Counted from the first letter of the stretch, positions 45,801-57,326 are shown. The stretch is DNA of 64,000 nucleotides from Fidelibacterota bacterium (GCA_021734025.1 JAIPJS010000007.1:28441-92440), one strand, 5' to 3'. The notes: generated from the sequence alone by a model not told the origin. Numbers and translations: made by a program.

Positions 45801-47418
45801 TCACGACATTTATTCCATAGAAGATTTGGCGCAGCTGATTCACGATCTGAAGTGCGCCAATCCGGATGCCAATATTCATGTGAAACTGGTGGCCGGGGCC
45901 GGTGTCGGTACCATCGCCGCGGGTGTGGCCAAGGCGAAAGCCGATGCCATCCTGATCAGCGGTCAGTCCGGCGGAACGGGCGCCTCGGCCAAGACGTCGA
46001 TTAAGTCCGCCGGTGTTCCGTGGGAACTGGGTTTGTCCGAAGCACACCAGATGTTGATGAGCACCAACCTCCGGTCCCGCGTCAGACTCCGTGTCGACGG
46101 CGGACTCAAAACCGGTCGGGACATTGCCATCGCAGCTATGCTGGGTGCGGAAGAATACGGATTCGGAACGGCTTCACTGGTCGTAACCGGGTGTGTGATG
46201 CTCAGGAAATGCCATACTAACACGTGTTCGGTTGGGGTTGCAACGCAGAATCCGGAACTCCGGAAACGCTTCCCCGGCAAACCGGAACACGTCATCAACT
46301 ATATGACGTTTATGGCGCAGGAAGTCCGCGAGATCCTGGCATCGCTTGGTTTGAGAACCATGGATGAACTGATTGGGCGGTCAGATATGCTGATGCAGCG
46401 GGAAACCGACCACCCCAGGGCGAGAAAACTGGATCTCTCCCCGGTTATGAATCAACCCGAGTCGACCGATACCCCCAGGAAGGTGCGCGAGCAGGAGCAT
46501 CATCTGGAACGGCAGCTGGATAACGAATTCTTTGAGCAGGTTCAGCCGGCCATCGAGCACGGTGAACCGGTGACTATTGAATCCAGGATAACCAACCGTC
46601 ACCGGACGGTCGGGTCCATGCTTAGTTCGAGGATCGCCAAGAAATACGGTCTCGACGGGCTGCCGGACGATACTATTAGTATCCGACTGACCGGATCGGC
46701 TGGCCAGAGCTTTGGGGCATTTTTATCGCATGGTGTCACAATGCACCTGGAGGGTGATGCCAACGATTACGTGGGTAAAGGCCTCTCAGGCGGAAAATTG
46801 GTTGTCAGTACGTCGCCGAACGTTCCGTATCGCGGTTACAAAAATATTATCATTGGAAATGTGGCGCTCTACGGTGCTATCCGCGGCGAGGCGTATTTCA
46901 ACGGGACAGCCGGTGAGCGGTTTGGCGTCAGGAACTCGGGTGTGAAAGCCGTGGTTGAAGGCGTTGGCGACCATGCTTGCGAATACATGACAGGTGGAGT
47001 TGTTGTAATACTGAGCGATACGGGACGGAACTTTGGTGCCGGAATGAGTGGGGGAGAAGCATTTGTGCTGGACGAGTCCGGAGTCTTCGATAAGAAATTG
47101 AACACCGAAATGGTACATACTACGCCCGTGACGGAAGAACGGGATATCACACTCCTGAGGCGGATGATCGAAAATCATTTAATCTATACCAACAGTCTCC
47201 GGGCCAAAGAGATCCTGGACGACTGGGACAATTTTCTCGGGAAATTCATCAAGGTAATTCCGGATGCGTATGAAGCTGTGGTCCGGGATGAACTCCGGAA
47301 GGGGAACGATATTCGGGTGACGCCGCCGCCGCTTCCGCAGGCCTCCCGGATGACCAAGCGGGATGTTTCCGACGATCAGTTCGAAGAGATGAAGCTGGCG
47401 GATGAGGTTGTGGAGTGA
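42832..47418 (+). CDS. gltB: Glutamate synthase large subunit
   Basis: N-terminal amidotransferase Cys (CGVGVL). FMN and GXGXG-domain motifs. About 1530 aa. Confidence 0.9.
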   Translation: MKFGNGKTSISKPLYEMPFERSNCGVGVLVNLKGEKTHQLIQDGFTLLENLDHRGARGAEEKTGDGAGILLQKPHEFFQSEVDGLGDFDSYGVGMVFLPRDPHLNSEIRLLIEDCIRDENLRLISWREVPTDNADLGKSALDTEPHVVQFFVEPKEDLSPGELDSRLYVLRRVIENAAVERKPRSSEHFYICSLDRRKIVYKGLLTVSQLSQYYPELSDEKMKSKLVLVHSRFSTNTLGSWKLAHPYRAILHNGEINTVRGNINWMRAREHALSNPTFGDDIEKIKPITTDKQSDTAVLDNVLELLVESGRSLPHALRLLVPEAWSKDPLMDESRKAWYDYHSTMMEPWDGPALVAFTDGNLVGSILDRNGLRPARYYITTDDQFIMASEAGVLDTPPEKIAETGRLKPGQMLLVDPDKGGIIPDEEVFANLTDDKYIQWLNENRVKLHNLMEESEVPTPEFDFNRLTEYQRVFGYTEEDLHRFIIPMAQDGKDPVGAMGNDTPLSVLSNRNKTIFSYFKQLFAQVSNPPIDYIRENLVTSIESHIGKKGNLLDESPDHCRQLHLNSPILTDKALDTIRNMNTNGIKSHTIDCSYPNGMTLGEGIRHIREEAVQAIRDGYEILILSDKQINKDRIPVPSLLLIGGIHHYLIRKSLRSEVGLVLETGDPTDVHHFCTLIGYGADAINPYLAYASIRQIIHDETFDMTGELALNQYRKAVEDGIQKVMSKMGISTLESYKGAQIFEIVGINNYVVDEYFEGTVSRIEGMGFKEIERDIQERHDMAYHSRMAGSTDLDQEGEYYWRRDGEYHQWNPMTLGRLQHSARSNNYNVYKQFAREINEQENQLQTLRGMLRFDPDKMQSIPLEEVEPVESIFPRFFSSSMSFGSLSKEVHETLAIAMNRIGGRAGSGEGGEEVERFDTERECRIKQVASGRFGVTIDYLQHGTDIEIKMAQGSKPGEGGQLPGRKVNEVIARVRYTTPGVGLISPPPHHDIYSIEDLAQLIHDLKCANPDANIHVKLVAGAGVGTIAAGVAKAKADAILISGQSGGTGASAKTSIKSAGVPWELGLSEAHQMLMSTNLRSRVRLRVDGGLKTGRDIAIAAMLGAEEYGFGTASLVVTGCVMLRKCHTNTCSVGVATQNPELRKRFPGKPEHVINYMTFMAQEVREILASLGLRTMDELIGRSDMLMQRETDHPRARKLDLSPVMNQPESTDTPRKVREQEHHLERQLDNEFFEQVQPAIEHGEPVTIESRITNRHRTVGSMLSSRIAKKYGLDGLPDDTISIRLTGSAGQSFGAFLSHGVTMHLEGDANDYVGKGLSGGKLVVSTSPNVPYRGYKNIIIGNVALYGAIRGEAYFNGTAGERFGVRNSGVKAVVEGVGDHACEYMTGGVVVILSDTGRNFGAGMSGGEAFVLDESGVFDKKLNTEMVHTTPVTEERDITLLRRMIENHLIYTNSLRAKEILDDWDNFLGKFIKVIPDAYEAVVRDELRKGNDIRVTPPPLPQASRMTKRDVSDDQFEEMKLADEVVE

Positions 47419-47633
47419 AAAATGAGATATGAGGTATAGGGTATAAGGAGTAAAATGATTGGAGACCGGAGCCGGAAACCGGAGGCAGGAAACTTGATAC
47501 TTGAAACTGGTAACTTAGGAACAGAGGACACAGGCCACTCGACATTTGACGACTTTTACCTAAACACTTGAACACATGAACACTTTAATACTAAAGTATT
47601 TGAAAAAATTGAGAGACGGACGGAACAACTGAT
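47419..47633. repeat. Mosaic word-repeat spacer between gltB and gltD (GAGGTATAGGGTATAAGGAG; AAACACTTGAACACATGAACACTTTAATAC)
   Basis: Same word families as the other mosaic elements. Confidence 0.45.
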
Positions 47634-49121
47634 ATGAGCGAAAAACACCCGGATGGATATCTGAAGCATCCGCGGATCAAGATAAAAAAGCGGGACCCCG
47701 AAGAGCGGAAACAGGATTACTCCCACATTTGGGCTCCCGACTGGGATGAACAGCAGCTGCGGGATCAGGGGGAGCGCTGCATGGATTGCGGTGTGCCGAC
47801 CTGTATGGGCGGGTGTCCTATTGGAAACCTGATCCCCGACTGGAACGATCTGGTTTACCGGAGTGACTGGAAACAGGCGCTGAAGATGCTCCATGCCACG
47901 AATAATTTTCCGGAATTTACCGGTTATACGTGTCCGGCGCCGTGCGAGGACAGCTGTGTTCTTGCCATCAACGACGATCCGGTCACCATTAAAAATATTG
48001 AGCGGGCTATCTATGATCGTGGCTGGGAGGAAGGCTGGATTAAACCGCAGCCGCCGAAGACCCGGACCGGGAAACACGTGGCCGTCATAGGCAGCGGGCC
48101 GGCTGGCCTTGCCGCGGCTCAGCAGTTGAACCGAGCCGGCCATCATGTGACGGTCTACGAACGGGATGATGTGATCGGTGGATTGATGAGTTACGGGATC
48201 CCCGACTTTAAGTTTGCCAAAGAACTCGTGGCGCGCCGGGTAAATATCCTTATCGAAGAGGGGATCGAGTTCAAGATCAATACAGAAGTCGGCGTGGATC
48301 TACCCACAGAGGATGTTTTCAACGAGTACGACGCCACATGCATCGCCATCGGCGCCCAACGGCAACGGGATGTCCGGATCCCCGGCCGGGAGCTGGACGG
48401 TATCCATTTCGCCATGGAGTATCTCATTGAAGAGAACCGCCGCCAAAACGGCAAGGCCGTTGATAAGGACATCTCTGCCAAAGATATGAACGTGGTCGTA
48501 CTCGGCGGCGGTGATACCGGCGCCGACTGTGTGGCGACTGCTCATCGCCAGGGCGCGAAACAGGTGGTACAGATCAGTATTAATCCGCGGCGGCCGCTGG
48601 ATCGCTCCGTGGATACGCCGTGGCCGTTTCAGCCGCTGATTTACCGGAAAACGTATGCCCAGGAAGAGGGCGGCAAGGAAGAATTCAGTTTGAATACGCT
48701 CGGATTCACCGATATCGATAACGACGGCCGGGTGGATCACCTCCACGCCGAAAAGGTCGAATGGACCTACGATGAAAACCGGCGCCGTATCGATAAAACC
48801 ACATTGGAGCCAAATCTCCATATACCTGCGGACCTGGTTCTGGTTGCTATAGGATTTTCGGGACCGCAGTCCGGCCCGTTTGCGGAGAGCGGGTTCGAAT
48901 TCAATGATAACGGCACCTTCACTACCGACGACAATATGATGACCTCGGTGGAGGGCGTATTTTCTGCTGGTGATGCCCATCTCGGACAATCGCTGGTCGT
49001 GTGGGCAATCGGGGAAGGCCGGGATGCCGCCAGAAATATCGACAAATATTTGATGGGCGAGACTCATCTGCCGAGTAGTCTGCGGACGGCCAACCCGCCG
49101 GTGAACCGGCAATTTCGGTAA
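47634..49121 (+). CDS. gltD: Glutamate synthase small subunit (NADPH)
   Basis: N-terminal Fe-S Cys cluster CMDCGVPTC. FAD/NAD GxGxxG motifs (VIGSGPAGL, VVVLGGGDTGADC). Confidence 0.9.
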   Translation: MSEKHPDGYLKHPRIKIKKRDPEERKQDYSHIWAPDWDEQQLRDQGERCMDCGVPTCMGGCPIGNLIPDWNDLVYRSDWKQALKMLHATNNFPEFTGYTCPAPCEDSCVLAINDDPVTIKNIERAIYDRGWEEGWIKPQPPKTRTGKHVAVIGSGPAGLAAAQQLNRAGHHVTVYERDDVIGGLMSYGIPDFKFAKELVARRVNILIEEGIEFKINTEVGVDLPTEDVFNEYDATCIAIGAQRQRDVRIPGRELDGIHFAMEYLIEENRRQNGKAVDKDISAKDMNVVVLGGGDTGADCVATAHRQGAKQVVQISINPRRPLDRSVDTPWPFQPLIYRKTYAQEEGGKEEFSLNTLGFTDIDNDGRVDHLHAEKVEWTYDENRRRIDKTTLEPNLHIPADLVLVAIGFSGPQSGPFAESGFEFNDNGTFTTDDNMMTSVEGVFSAGDAHLGQSLVVWAIGEGRDAARNIDKYLMGETHLPSSLRTANPPVNRQFR

Positions 49122-49239
49122 ACCCAAATTGTGAAAACCTACCTGATACACCTCAAGGTGTGACTTTTATCATTGGATTTCTCTTTGGATAGGCGATAAA
49201 ATATCTTTGATGTAGTAAACCCGTAAATCAGGCACAGCC

Positions 49240-50325
49240 ATGAAGAACTTTATCTGTTTTGTCATATGTGTTGCTATTGCTACGCAGTGTTTTGGCGCGG
49301 AGACCAACATTGCTGTTATGGAATTCGATGCGAAGGGAGTACCGGCAACCGAGGCAAGTGCCCTCTCAGATCGATTGCGAACCGAGTTGTTCCTCACCGG
49401 CGAATTCAAGGTGGTAGAGCGCGGTATGATGGAGACCATTTTCCAGGAACAGAATTTTCAACTGTCCGGCTGTACTTCAACCGAATGCCTGGTAGAGGTC
49501 GGTCGCGTGTTGGGCGTGGAGAAGATGGTTGGCGGAAGTGTTAGCCGGGTTGGGAATACGTTTTCGATTGCCGCACGATTTGTCAACGTGGAATCGGCTG
49601 AAATTACCGGGGTGGCGACCTACGATTATGAAGGCCAGATCGACGGATTGCTCCGAAACGGGATGAAAGCCGTCGCGCATGAACTTGCCGGCCAGACATT
49701 TGTGGAGCCACCCCAACCGGAACCCATACCGGAGCCGATTCCGACGGCAACGCCCCAAAAATCCAGTTCACTCCCGCATTATCCGTGGCAAACGTTGGTG
49801 ATGCTGGAAACGGATAAAAATCTGGAAGAAAATATAACCGAGCCGTCCGGCGAAAACCTGATTTATACCACCCGATACCTCTCCCGATTTTTTGGTTTGG
49901 GATCATTTACAGTCCGCCCGGCTGTGACACTCGGCTATTTTCGACAACAGGTAGACCACACTAATGAATACTTCGGGTTTAATAGCTACGAACAGGATGT
50001 ATATATGGGCTTGGCCGAATTGCAGGTCAGGTTCGAAGAACCCGATTTTAGTTTTGGAGTATTCGGGGGGATCGGCCCGGGCTATTATAAATATACGACC
50101 TTTCAATACGGTGATTTCGCAATGGAAGATGAAAATGTCGGGCCGACCTATACCTCCGGATTTGAGGCCTCGGTCAATATCCTCTTTATTCAATTGGTCG
50201 GACAAGTACGATATCTATATACCCCCGGGATTGAACATGAAATGCTTTTTCCTTCCATCGGATTTCAAACCCGGAGTGCTTTTCTCAGTTTCCTCCCATG
50301 GGTCCCGTTGTTGAGAAATTTGTAG
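49240..50325 (+). CDS. Lipoprotein with CsgG-like N-terminal domain and C-terminal beta-rich domain
   Basis: IAVMEFDAKG...FKVVERGMMETIFQEQNFQLSG...GVEKMVGGSV...ARFVNVESAEI matches the CsgG/HfaB-fold pattern. Signal peptide with Cys. Confidence 0.4.
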   Translation: MKNFICFVICVAIATQCFGAETNIAVMEFDAKGVPATEASALSDRLRTELFLTGEFKVVERGMMETIFQEQNFQLSGCTSTECLVEVGRVLGVEKMVGGSVSRVGNTFSIAARFVNVESAEITGVATYDYEGQIDGLLRNGMKAVAHELAGQTFVEPPQPEPIPEPIPTATPQKSSSLPHYPWQTLVMLETDKNLEENITEPSGENLIYTTRYLSRFFGLGSFTVRPAVTLGYFRQQVDHTNEYFGFNSYEQDVYMGLAELQVRFEEPDFSFGVFGGIGPGYYKYTTFQYGDFAMEDENVGPTYTSGFEASVNILFIQLVGQVRYLYTPGIEHEMLFPSIGFQTRSAFLSFLPWVPLLRNL

Positions 50326-50464
50326 CACCCTTCTCCGGGTAAACAATCTTTTTTGTTATGATTCCAGGGATGTGATTTTGCATATCACCCGTTATATTTT
50401 GTTTTGAAATGGGTTGGAATGGTTTTTAACACAATAATGAATTCAATAAAAACAGAGGAAAATC

Positions 50465-51397
50465 ATGGCACGGTTGTATCAGGATAACAGTTTAAGCATC
50501 GGACACACGCCACTGGTTCGTATCAACAGATTGGCAGATGGAGTGGACGCAAAAATTTATGGCAAGGTGGAAGGCCGGAATCCCGCCTATTCCGTGAAGT
50601 GTCGTATAGCCGCCAACATGATTTGGGATGCTGAAGAACGCGGACTTATTACTGATAAAACGACTGTGATTGAACCAACCAGCGGGAATACCGGGATTGG
50701 GCTGGCATACGTTTGCGCCGCAAGAGGAATTCCGCTGATTCTGACCATGCCGGAAACTTTGAATGAAGAGCGCCGGAAAATGATGCATGCGTTTGGCGCG
50801 GAGCTGATTTTAACGGACGGCGATCAAGGTATGCGTGGGTCAATTGATAAAGCGGAAGAGATTCTGAATTCCGATCCGGATAAATATTTTATGCCGAATC
50901 AGTTCGAAAATCCTGCCAACCCGGACATTCACCAAAAAACCACCGGGCCGGAAATCTGGGAAGACACGGACGGAGAAATCGATATACTGATAGCGGGTGT
51001 TGGGACCGGCGGCACCATCACCGGAATCAGCCGATTCATCAAACACGACCAGGGAAAACAGATCCAGTCCGTCGCGGTGGAGCCGGCCGGATCGCCGGTA
51101 TTGTCCGGCGGGGAACCCGGGTCCCATAAGATTCCGGGCATTGGCGCTGGATTCAAGCCGGAGATTCTGGACGTGGATGTCGTTGATGAAGTCGTGACTA
51201 TTGATGACGAAACGGCCTGGAGCACTGCCAGAGATCTTGCTCAGAAGGAAGGAATTATCGTCGGGATTTCCAGCGGCGCCGCTATGGCTGCAGCGCTAAA
51301 CGTGGCTGCCAGAGAAGGAAATGCCGGCAAAACCATTGTCACAATTCTCCCCGATTCGGGCGAACGCTATCTTTCTACACCGCTGTTCGACAAATAG
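50465..51397 (+). CDS. cysK: Cysteine synthase A (O-acetylserine sulfhydrylase)
   Basis: PLP-Lys in [29 protein letters not shown]. Confidence 0.9.
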   Translation: MARLYQDNSLSIGHTPLVRINRLADGVDAKIYGKVEGRNPAYSVKCRIAANMIWDAEERGLITDKTTVIEPTSGNTGIGLAYVCAARGIPLILTMPETLNEERRKMMHAFGAELILTDGDQGMRGSIDKAEEILNSDPDKYFMPNQFENPANPDIHQKTTGPEIWEDTDGEIDILIAGVGTGGTITGISRFIKHDQGKQIQSVAVEPAGSPVLSGGEPGSHKIPGIGAGFKPEILDVDVVDEVVTIDDETAWSTARDLAQKEGIIVGISSGAAMAAALNVAAREGNAGKTIVTILPDSGERYLSTPLFDK

Positions 51398-51535
51398 GTT
51401 TTCACCGGTAGTATTCACTATATTTTGCGTGGTATTGCCTTTATGGCTGGCGGATAAAGAATACTCTGCATCCCTCTCCACCTAAAAAACGATTTGATGA
51501 AAACGCCAGCGCGACGGTACCGTCTGGATTCCGCA

Positions 51536-52699
51536 TTATCTGTCCCAGGAAGAGAAAAGTTGTTCCCATCTGGGGGCCATCCGGGTCCAGTCGAATTCTC
51601 CCGCAATATCTCTGAAGTGAATATTCCGGGTGCCCTCGAGCCTGGTAAGCGCAAATTTCAACTTGCGATATAAGTCACGATCAGAGGTGTACAGGTTTTG
51701 GCCTTGACGGGCTTCCGGTACGTATTCCGGATAGACGAGCCGCTTTGGAAACAGCGGATAGCACCGGCAGTAAAGTGCCTCTAAAGCCGCAATGCCGAAA
51801 AATTCATGCTGTGCAGTACTAAGAACAATATCGGCGTGATGGAGCAGTTCGGCGTACCGTGCCCATTCTTCGGCGTATCCCCAGTGAAGGATATGGCCGG
51901 AGAGACGCTCCCTGGCGGTATCAAAAATTGCCGGATAATCTTCGAATCGTTCTCCGCAAACAATCAAATTAAACGGGATCTCGTCCTCAGCCAGCTGAAA
52001 GAGACTCCTGAAAAACAGCTCTGGATTTTTGTCGTGCTCCCACCGTTGATTCCAGAGAATGGTACCGGCATCGGATTCATTGGATGGAGGTGATACGGAA
52101 TCAAAGCGTTGCAGGTCAAGGCCGAGCGGCATCACAATCGATTTTGACCGGATTCGCTGGACGAGCTCCCGCGGTTTATAATCCACGAATCGCTGGTAGA
52201 ACTCCGGAATGGCTTCCAGGAAATCCCGGAGGTGAAATGCGGAATTGAAGTAAACCCGATCCGCCGCCATCGCCGACTGAATATTCATATGGGCAAAAGT
52301 GAGATCCCGCTCCCTCTTATCCCGGAACGGATAGGTTAGTTGGTTTTCATGGAAGTAAAGCAGCCAGGTCCATTGTGACGGAGAATCCATCAAACCCCGG
52401 AGCGCTGACAGATGAGTGAAATCAGAGGCGAAGATAATCCCCGGCTCCAGCTGCTCCTTCCGGATAACATCCGCGTAGTATTGCGCTGACCTGTGCATCC
52501 GCCATTTCCAGTGGTGAGGGGACATGGGAAGGATCCGGAAGGGCCAATCCAGGTGATTTTTCAACCCCTGGAGAAACTCCTTGTGGGAGCCACCGAAAAA
52601 CGGTTCGAGTCCATAGATGGGCCGGGACACTTTCTGCTCCTGAAATTTCGTTGCGAGTGAAATCTCTGGAACCTTACTATTTTCCGGAGTATTATTCAA
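51536..52699 (-). CDS. DUF3524 + glycosyltransferase family 1 protein (GTDC1 / tRNA-queuosine mannosyltransferase-like)
   Basis: N-terminal LEPFFGGSHKEFL resembles the GTDC1 EAFYGGSHKQL block. C-terminal GT1 fold. Confidence 0.55.
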   Translation of the reverse strand: MNNTPENSKVPEISLATKFQEQKVSRPIYGLEPFFGGSHKEFLQGLKNHLDWPFRILPMSPHHWKWRMHRSAQYYADVIRKEQLEPGIIFASDFTHLSALRGLMDSPSQWTWLLYFHENQLTYPFRDKRERDLTFAHMNIQSAMAADRVYFNSAFHLRDFLEAIPEFYQRFVDYKPRELVQRIRSKSIVMPLGLDLQRFDSVSPPSNESDAGTILWNQRWEHDKNPELFFRSLFQLAEDEIPFNLIVCGERFEDYPAIFDTARERLSGHILHWGYAEEWARYAELLHHADIVLSTAQHEFFGIAALEALYCRCYPLFPKRLVYPEYVPEARQGQNLYTSDRDLYRKLKFALTRLEGTRNIHFRDIAGEFDWTRMAPRWEQLFSSWDR

Positions 52700-53115
52700 A
52701 CCTTTCCTGCGGGAAGAGGGAATAGGGGTATAAGGGTATATGGTATGAGAACAGGAGTGTTAAAGTGTTACTTGTGTTATCGTTAAAAAGAACATGCATC
52801 GAGCGTACTCAATCCTATATCCAAAATGTATCGTCTGTTGGTGGTTCCCTCTTTAGAGGGGTGATCGGGAAAAACGAAAAATTTAGAATGAAAAAGGTGG
52901 TCGTTGGTTGTTGTGGGAAACTTTCCTTCCCGGGATTGCATCAGTATTATAAATATTAAGGATTCGCAATAAATCTCAACAACAAACAAAAGGGATTAAA
53001 AGGGAGATTAGGATTAAGAAGGTGTACAACGATAACACTGTAGCACTATAACACCTTAACACCCTAACACGGTCTTTTCGCATTACGTACTACTTACCAA
53101 TAAAACATTAAATAC
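52700..53115. repeat. Mosaic intergenic repeat region carrying modules in both orientations (GGGGTATAAGGGTATATGGTATGAG; GTGTTAAAGTGTTACTTGTGTTATCG; reverse complement of the TAATCTTA array; GATAACACTGTAGCACTATAACACCTTAACACCCTAACAC)
   Basis: Word arrays match copies A, B and C. Lies between divergent genes. Confidence 0.5.
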
Positions 53116-54204
53116 ATGCTCATGATTTTCATAATGCTACTGCTCAATCTTACGATTAACGGAATTTCCATGGATAGCACTGTACACTCGACATCACCGG
53201 CCCATCACACTGAGAACGGCTTCCGGAATCCGTATTCTACCTGGGAAGACCATGGATTCCGGGATATGCTCAAATGGAGTTTCAGCGATAAGCCAGAGAT
53301 TCCGGAAACCTATACGCTCCCGTGGGTTGAAAATAATCTTTCCTTCCTTGGAGAAAACAGTAGTCCGTCCTATACCTGGATAGGCCACGCTACATTCCTC
53401 ATCGAAATCGATGGTAAGACGATATTGACCGATCCGTTTTTCTCCGACCGTGCGAGTCCGGTGCAATGGGCCGGCCCAAAGCGAATGGTGCCGCCTGCTT
53501 TACCACTCGAGGACCTGCCGCCAATCGATTTTGTAGTGATTTCCCATAACCACTATGATCACCTGGATTATCACACTGTCAAATATTTAGCAGACCGGGG
53601 CAGCCACTTTATCGTGCCACTGGAAATGGATAAATGGTTCCGGGGCCACGGGATGCCGAATGTTACTGCTCTGGACTGGTGGCAGCGTTTTTCCAATGAT
53701 GGTCTTACATTTCATGCGACTCCGGCACAGCATTTTTGTGCCCGAACGCCGTTCGACCGGAATGACGTTCTCTGGGCCAGTTGGGTGATCGAATCGACTG
53801 ATCATGTCTGCTACTTCGCCGGGGATACCGGTTATTTTCCAGGATTCAAAGAAATCGCAAATCGTTTCCCCGCGATTGATGTCGCGCTCCTCCCAATCGG
53901 CGCCTATGCGCCCCGGTGGTTTATGGGGCCAGTGCATCTTGATCCGTCGCAGGCTGTGCAGGTTTTTACCGACCTGGGGGCAGAATATGCGATTGCCATG
54001 CACTGGGGCACGATTAAACTGACAGACGAAGCCATGGACGAACCACCAATCCTGCTGAAAGAATCCTTGAAATCTGCGGGGATCCCTTCTGAGCGATTTC
54101 CCGTGTTTGCCCACGGTGAAACCAGGAGGATGATGGAAGAAGGATGGCGTATACTGCAGGGTACTGAGGCGCAGAAAACTCTCAGGAATTTTTCCCTCCC
54201 CTAA
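53116..54204 (+). CDS. MBL-fold metallo-hydrolase (NAPE-PLD-like)
   Basis: VVISHNHYDHLD (HxHxDH). Downstream His/Asp ligands. Confidence 0.75.
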   Translation: MLMIFIMLLLNLTINGISMDSTVHSTSPAHHTENGFRNPYSTWEDHGFRDMLKWSFSDKPEIPETYTLPWVENNLSFLGENSSPSYTWIGHATFLIEIDGKTILTDPFFSDRASPVQWAGPKRMVPPALPLEDLPPIDFVVISHNHYDHLDYHTVKYLADRGSHFIVPLEMDKWFRGHGMPNVTALDWWQRFSNDGLTFHATPAQHFCARTPFDRNDVLWASWVIESTDHVCYFAGDTGYFPGFKEIANRFPAIDVALLPIGAYAPRWFMGPVHLDPSQAVQVFTDLGAEYAIAMHWGTIKLTDEAMDEPPILLKESLKSAGIPSERFPVFAHGETRRMMEEGWRILQGTEAQKTLRNFSLP

Positions 54205-54470
54205 AGGTTACAGGCGTTTTCAAAACCGGTAATACACCACGATAATCTCTCTTAATTATGAGAAATGAGAGCGTTGTTCTCATCTTATTTTATGAATGAG
54301 AGCCGAAGTCACATTTTGATATAATGCCCATATATCAGTAGTTGTAAAATATTTCAACACTCCTGGCATCAAATTTGTAAAATAATTAAACGACCTTCTT
54401 TTTTTATCGCCGGTTTTGATACTTATCCCGGCAGTCTCTGTTAAAGCATACAAGTGAAAATGAGGATTCA

Positions 54471-54908
54471 ATGAGCCAGGATTTCAAGCGTCGGACTATA
54501 GTAAACTGGTTGCTCGGAGGGGGAGTAATTGCGTGGCTGAGCGCAATATTTTTCCCGGTATTAAAATACCTCCAACCGCCGAGTATTCCGGAAGCGGTGG
54601 TTTCTTCGGTCAAGGCTGCAACTGTTAATGAACTAGCAAATAACTCCAGTAAAATATTCAAATTCGGAAATAAACCGGGCCTCTTGATCAAGACGCCTGC
54701 AGGAGAGTGGCGTGCTTTTACGGCCATCTGTACCCATTTGGATTGCATTGTCCAATATCGGGACGACCTGGAGCATATCTGGTGTGCCTGTCATAACGGC
54801 CATTACGATCTGCAGGGGCGTAATATCTCCGGACCGCCACCCAGACCGCTGGAAGAATACGACGTTAATATTCAGGGAAAAGACGTCTACGTATCGAAAA
54901 GGACGTAA
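54471..54908 (+). CDS. Rieske [2Fe-2S] protein of a bc/b6f-type complex
   Basis: CTHLDC and CACHNGHY boxes. N-terminal TM helix. Confidence 0.85.
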   Translation: MSQDFKRRTIVNWLLGGGVIAWLSAIFFPVLKYLQPPSIPEAVVSSVKAATVNELANNSSKIFKFGNKPGLLIKTPAGEWRAFTAICTHLDCIVQYRDDLEHIWCACHNGHYDLQGRNISGPPPRPLEEYDVNIQGKDVYVSKRT

Positions 54909-54916
54909 ATATATTA

Positions 54917-55980
54917 TGAAAGAGTCAATTCTAAGTTGGTTAAAAAACAGATATCCCGTTGATTCCGTCACGGAATTTGCCCAAAAGAAAAAGGTGCCTC
55001 TGTTTCAGGGGACTATCTGGTATTACTTCGGCGGAATCACCCTCTTTTTGTTCCTGATTCAGGTTGCGACCGGCATTTTACTCCTGTTTTACTACCGGAC
55101 CGGTGCCGACCAGGCGTATGAGAGTGTGAAGTTTTTAATGACAAAAGTCCATTTCGGCTGGTTGATCCGCTCTATTCACAGCTGGGCGGCGAATTTGATG
55201 GTGCTCTCTGCCTTTATCCATATGTTCAGCGTCTTTTTTACGCGGGCGTATCGTAAACCACGGGAACTGACCTGGATAACGGGGATGGTGTTATTCCTGC
55301 TGGCTATGGCATTTGGATTTAGTGGCTACCTGCTCCCATGGAATGAGTTAGCTTTTTTCGCGACTAAAGTCGGGACCGATATCGTCGGCGCTGTGCCGTT
55401 CGTAGGAGATTTTCTGCTCACCCTGTTACGCGGCGGGAGCGACGTGACCGGGGCTACGCTTTCACGCTTTTTCGGATTTCATGTAGCGCTGTTTCCGGGA
55501 ATTTTTACTCTCTTCCTAGTTATACATCTTGCGTTTGTCCAGGTCCAGGGTATGAGTAAGCCCATCGGTGCCAAAGAGGAAGAGCTGAAAACGATGCCGT
55601 TTTTTCCGAATTTTGTTTTGCGGGATCTTCTTATCTGGCTCATCGTGCTCAACGTACTGGCCATCCTGGCCGTCTTCTTTCCCTGGGAGCTCGGAGCAAA
55701 GGCTGATCCCTTCGTTCCAGCGCCAGCGGGCATCCGCCCGGAATGGTATTTTATGTTTATGTTCCAAACGCTCAAGATGTTGCCCGCACACATCGCTGGG
55801 CTCGAAGGAGAAACCGTTGGCGTCATGGCGTTTGCTATCGCAGGTATTTTTTGGATTTTGATTCCGTTTTTCGATCGCTCCTCCCAGCGGGGACATAAAT
55901 CGAAACTGTTAACGTACATAGGAATAATTGTCGTCATCTTCATTCTCGTCATGACAATTTTAGGATATACGCTCTCATGA
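54917..55980 (+). CDS. Cytochrome b (fused b6 / subunit IV type)
   Basis: Haem-ligand His pairs in polytopic helices. PEWY-like region [11 protein letters not shown]. Confidence 0.8.
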
Positions 55981-57233
55981 AACGAATACTCATTGTCACT
56001 GTATTGAGCCTGTTATTTGTATCAATCGCTTCCGGTCAACAGGAGGAAGAAATAAATACCTGCGCTGACTGTCATGAGATGATGGGGGCGCCCTACGATA
56101 GTATCGTCCATGCGCAATCCCAGGATATCCATGCCCAGAAGGATGTGACCTGTGCCGATTGTCATGGCGGGGATCCGACTACGATGGATTTTGAGGCAGC
56201 GAAGGCGCCGGAAACAAGATTTCGCGGGAAACCCGATCCCGCGGAAATTCCGGATCTTTGTGGATCGTGTCATGCTGATCCGGAATATATGCGCCAGTTT
56301 GATCCGGGATTGGCGGTCGACCAGCTCGCGAAATACTGGACGAGTCGTCACGGAGAGAAACTCCGGGAGGGGGATGCGAAAGTTGCTGAGTGCGCGAGCT
56401 GTCACGGTGCCCATGGTGTGCTGCCGGTAGACGATCCCCGCTCGCCGGTATATCCAACACGGGTCCCGGAAACATGCAACACCTGCCACGGCAATTCACA
56501 GTACATGGCTGAATACAATATTCCAACGGACCAGTACGAAGAATTCGCCGGGAGTGTGCACGGGCAAGCACTTCTCGAGAACAAGGATATCGGTGCGCCG
56601 GCATGTAATGACTGTCACGGAAATCACGGCGCTACTCCTCCGGGGATAGTTTCCATATCCCGGGTGTGCGGAACATGCCATATCAATAATATGGATCTGT
56701 TTCAGGAAAGTAAGCATGAGCCGATCTTCGACATGATGGATCTGCCTGAGTGCGAAACGTGCCATGGAAATCACGGGGTCCAACATCCCACCGATGCGAT
56801 GATTGGCACCGGGGAGGAATCTGTCTGCCTGAATTGTCACGGCGAAGGAGACAGCGGCTATAAAATGGCGGCAGCCATGTCTGAGTCTATCGACTCCCTG
56901 AAAATGGTCTACGATTCGGCTGAAGTCATGATTCAGCGAGCTGAAGAGAAAGATATGGGGGTCAGCGATCTGGAGTATTCCCTGCGGGAAGTTCGCCAGT
57001 CATTGATTCAAACCCGTACAATGATCCACAGTTTTGACGTATCCAGGGTTGAGGAGATAGAAAATGAAGGGCTGTCCGTGGGACAAGAAATTATCCGTTC
57101 AGCCAGGGAGCTTATTGATGAATTTTACTACCGACGAAAAGGGTTGGGGATTTTTACTCTGGTCATCACACTCGTTGTGATTGCACTTTATCTGAAGATA
57201 CGACATATGGAACAGCAAAAACCTTCCGATTAA
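55977..57233 (+). CDS. Multihaem c-type cytochrome (9 CxxCH) with C-terminal TM anchor
   Basis: Nine CxxCH motifs were counted. Signal peptide. C-terminal hydrophobic helix. Stop/start overlap with cytochrome b. Confidence 0.8.
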   Translation: MKRILIVTVLSLLFVSIASGQQEEEINTCADCHEMMGAPYDSIVHAQSQDIHAQKDVTCADCHGGDPTTMDFEAAKAPETRFRGKPDPAEIPDLCGSCHADPEYMRQFDPGLAVDQLAKYWTSRHGEKLREGDAKVAECASCHGAHGVLPVDDPRSPVYPTRVPETCNTCHGNSQYMAEYNIPTDQYEEFAGSVHGQALLENKDIGAPACNDCHGNHGATPPGIVSISRVCGTCHINNMDLFQESKHEPIFDMMDLPECETCHGNHGVQHPTDAMIGTGEESVCLNCHGEGDSGYKMAAAMSESIDSLKMVYDSAEVMIQRAEEKDMGVSDLEYSLREVRQSLIQTRTMIHSFDVSRVEEIENEGLSVGQEIIRSARELIDEFYYRRKGLGIFTLVITLVVIALYLKIRHMEQQKPSD

Positions 57234-57326
57234 TTTTAAATAGACCCGGGATTCCGGGACTCGCATTGTTCTGCATTTCTAAAATGCCGGCTCAAGAGCC
57301 GAACCGGCAATAACAATGAAGGAAAC

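Noticed and set aside
48300-49151. 283-aa - strand ORF
   Set aside because: It is antisense within gltD.
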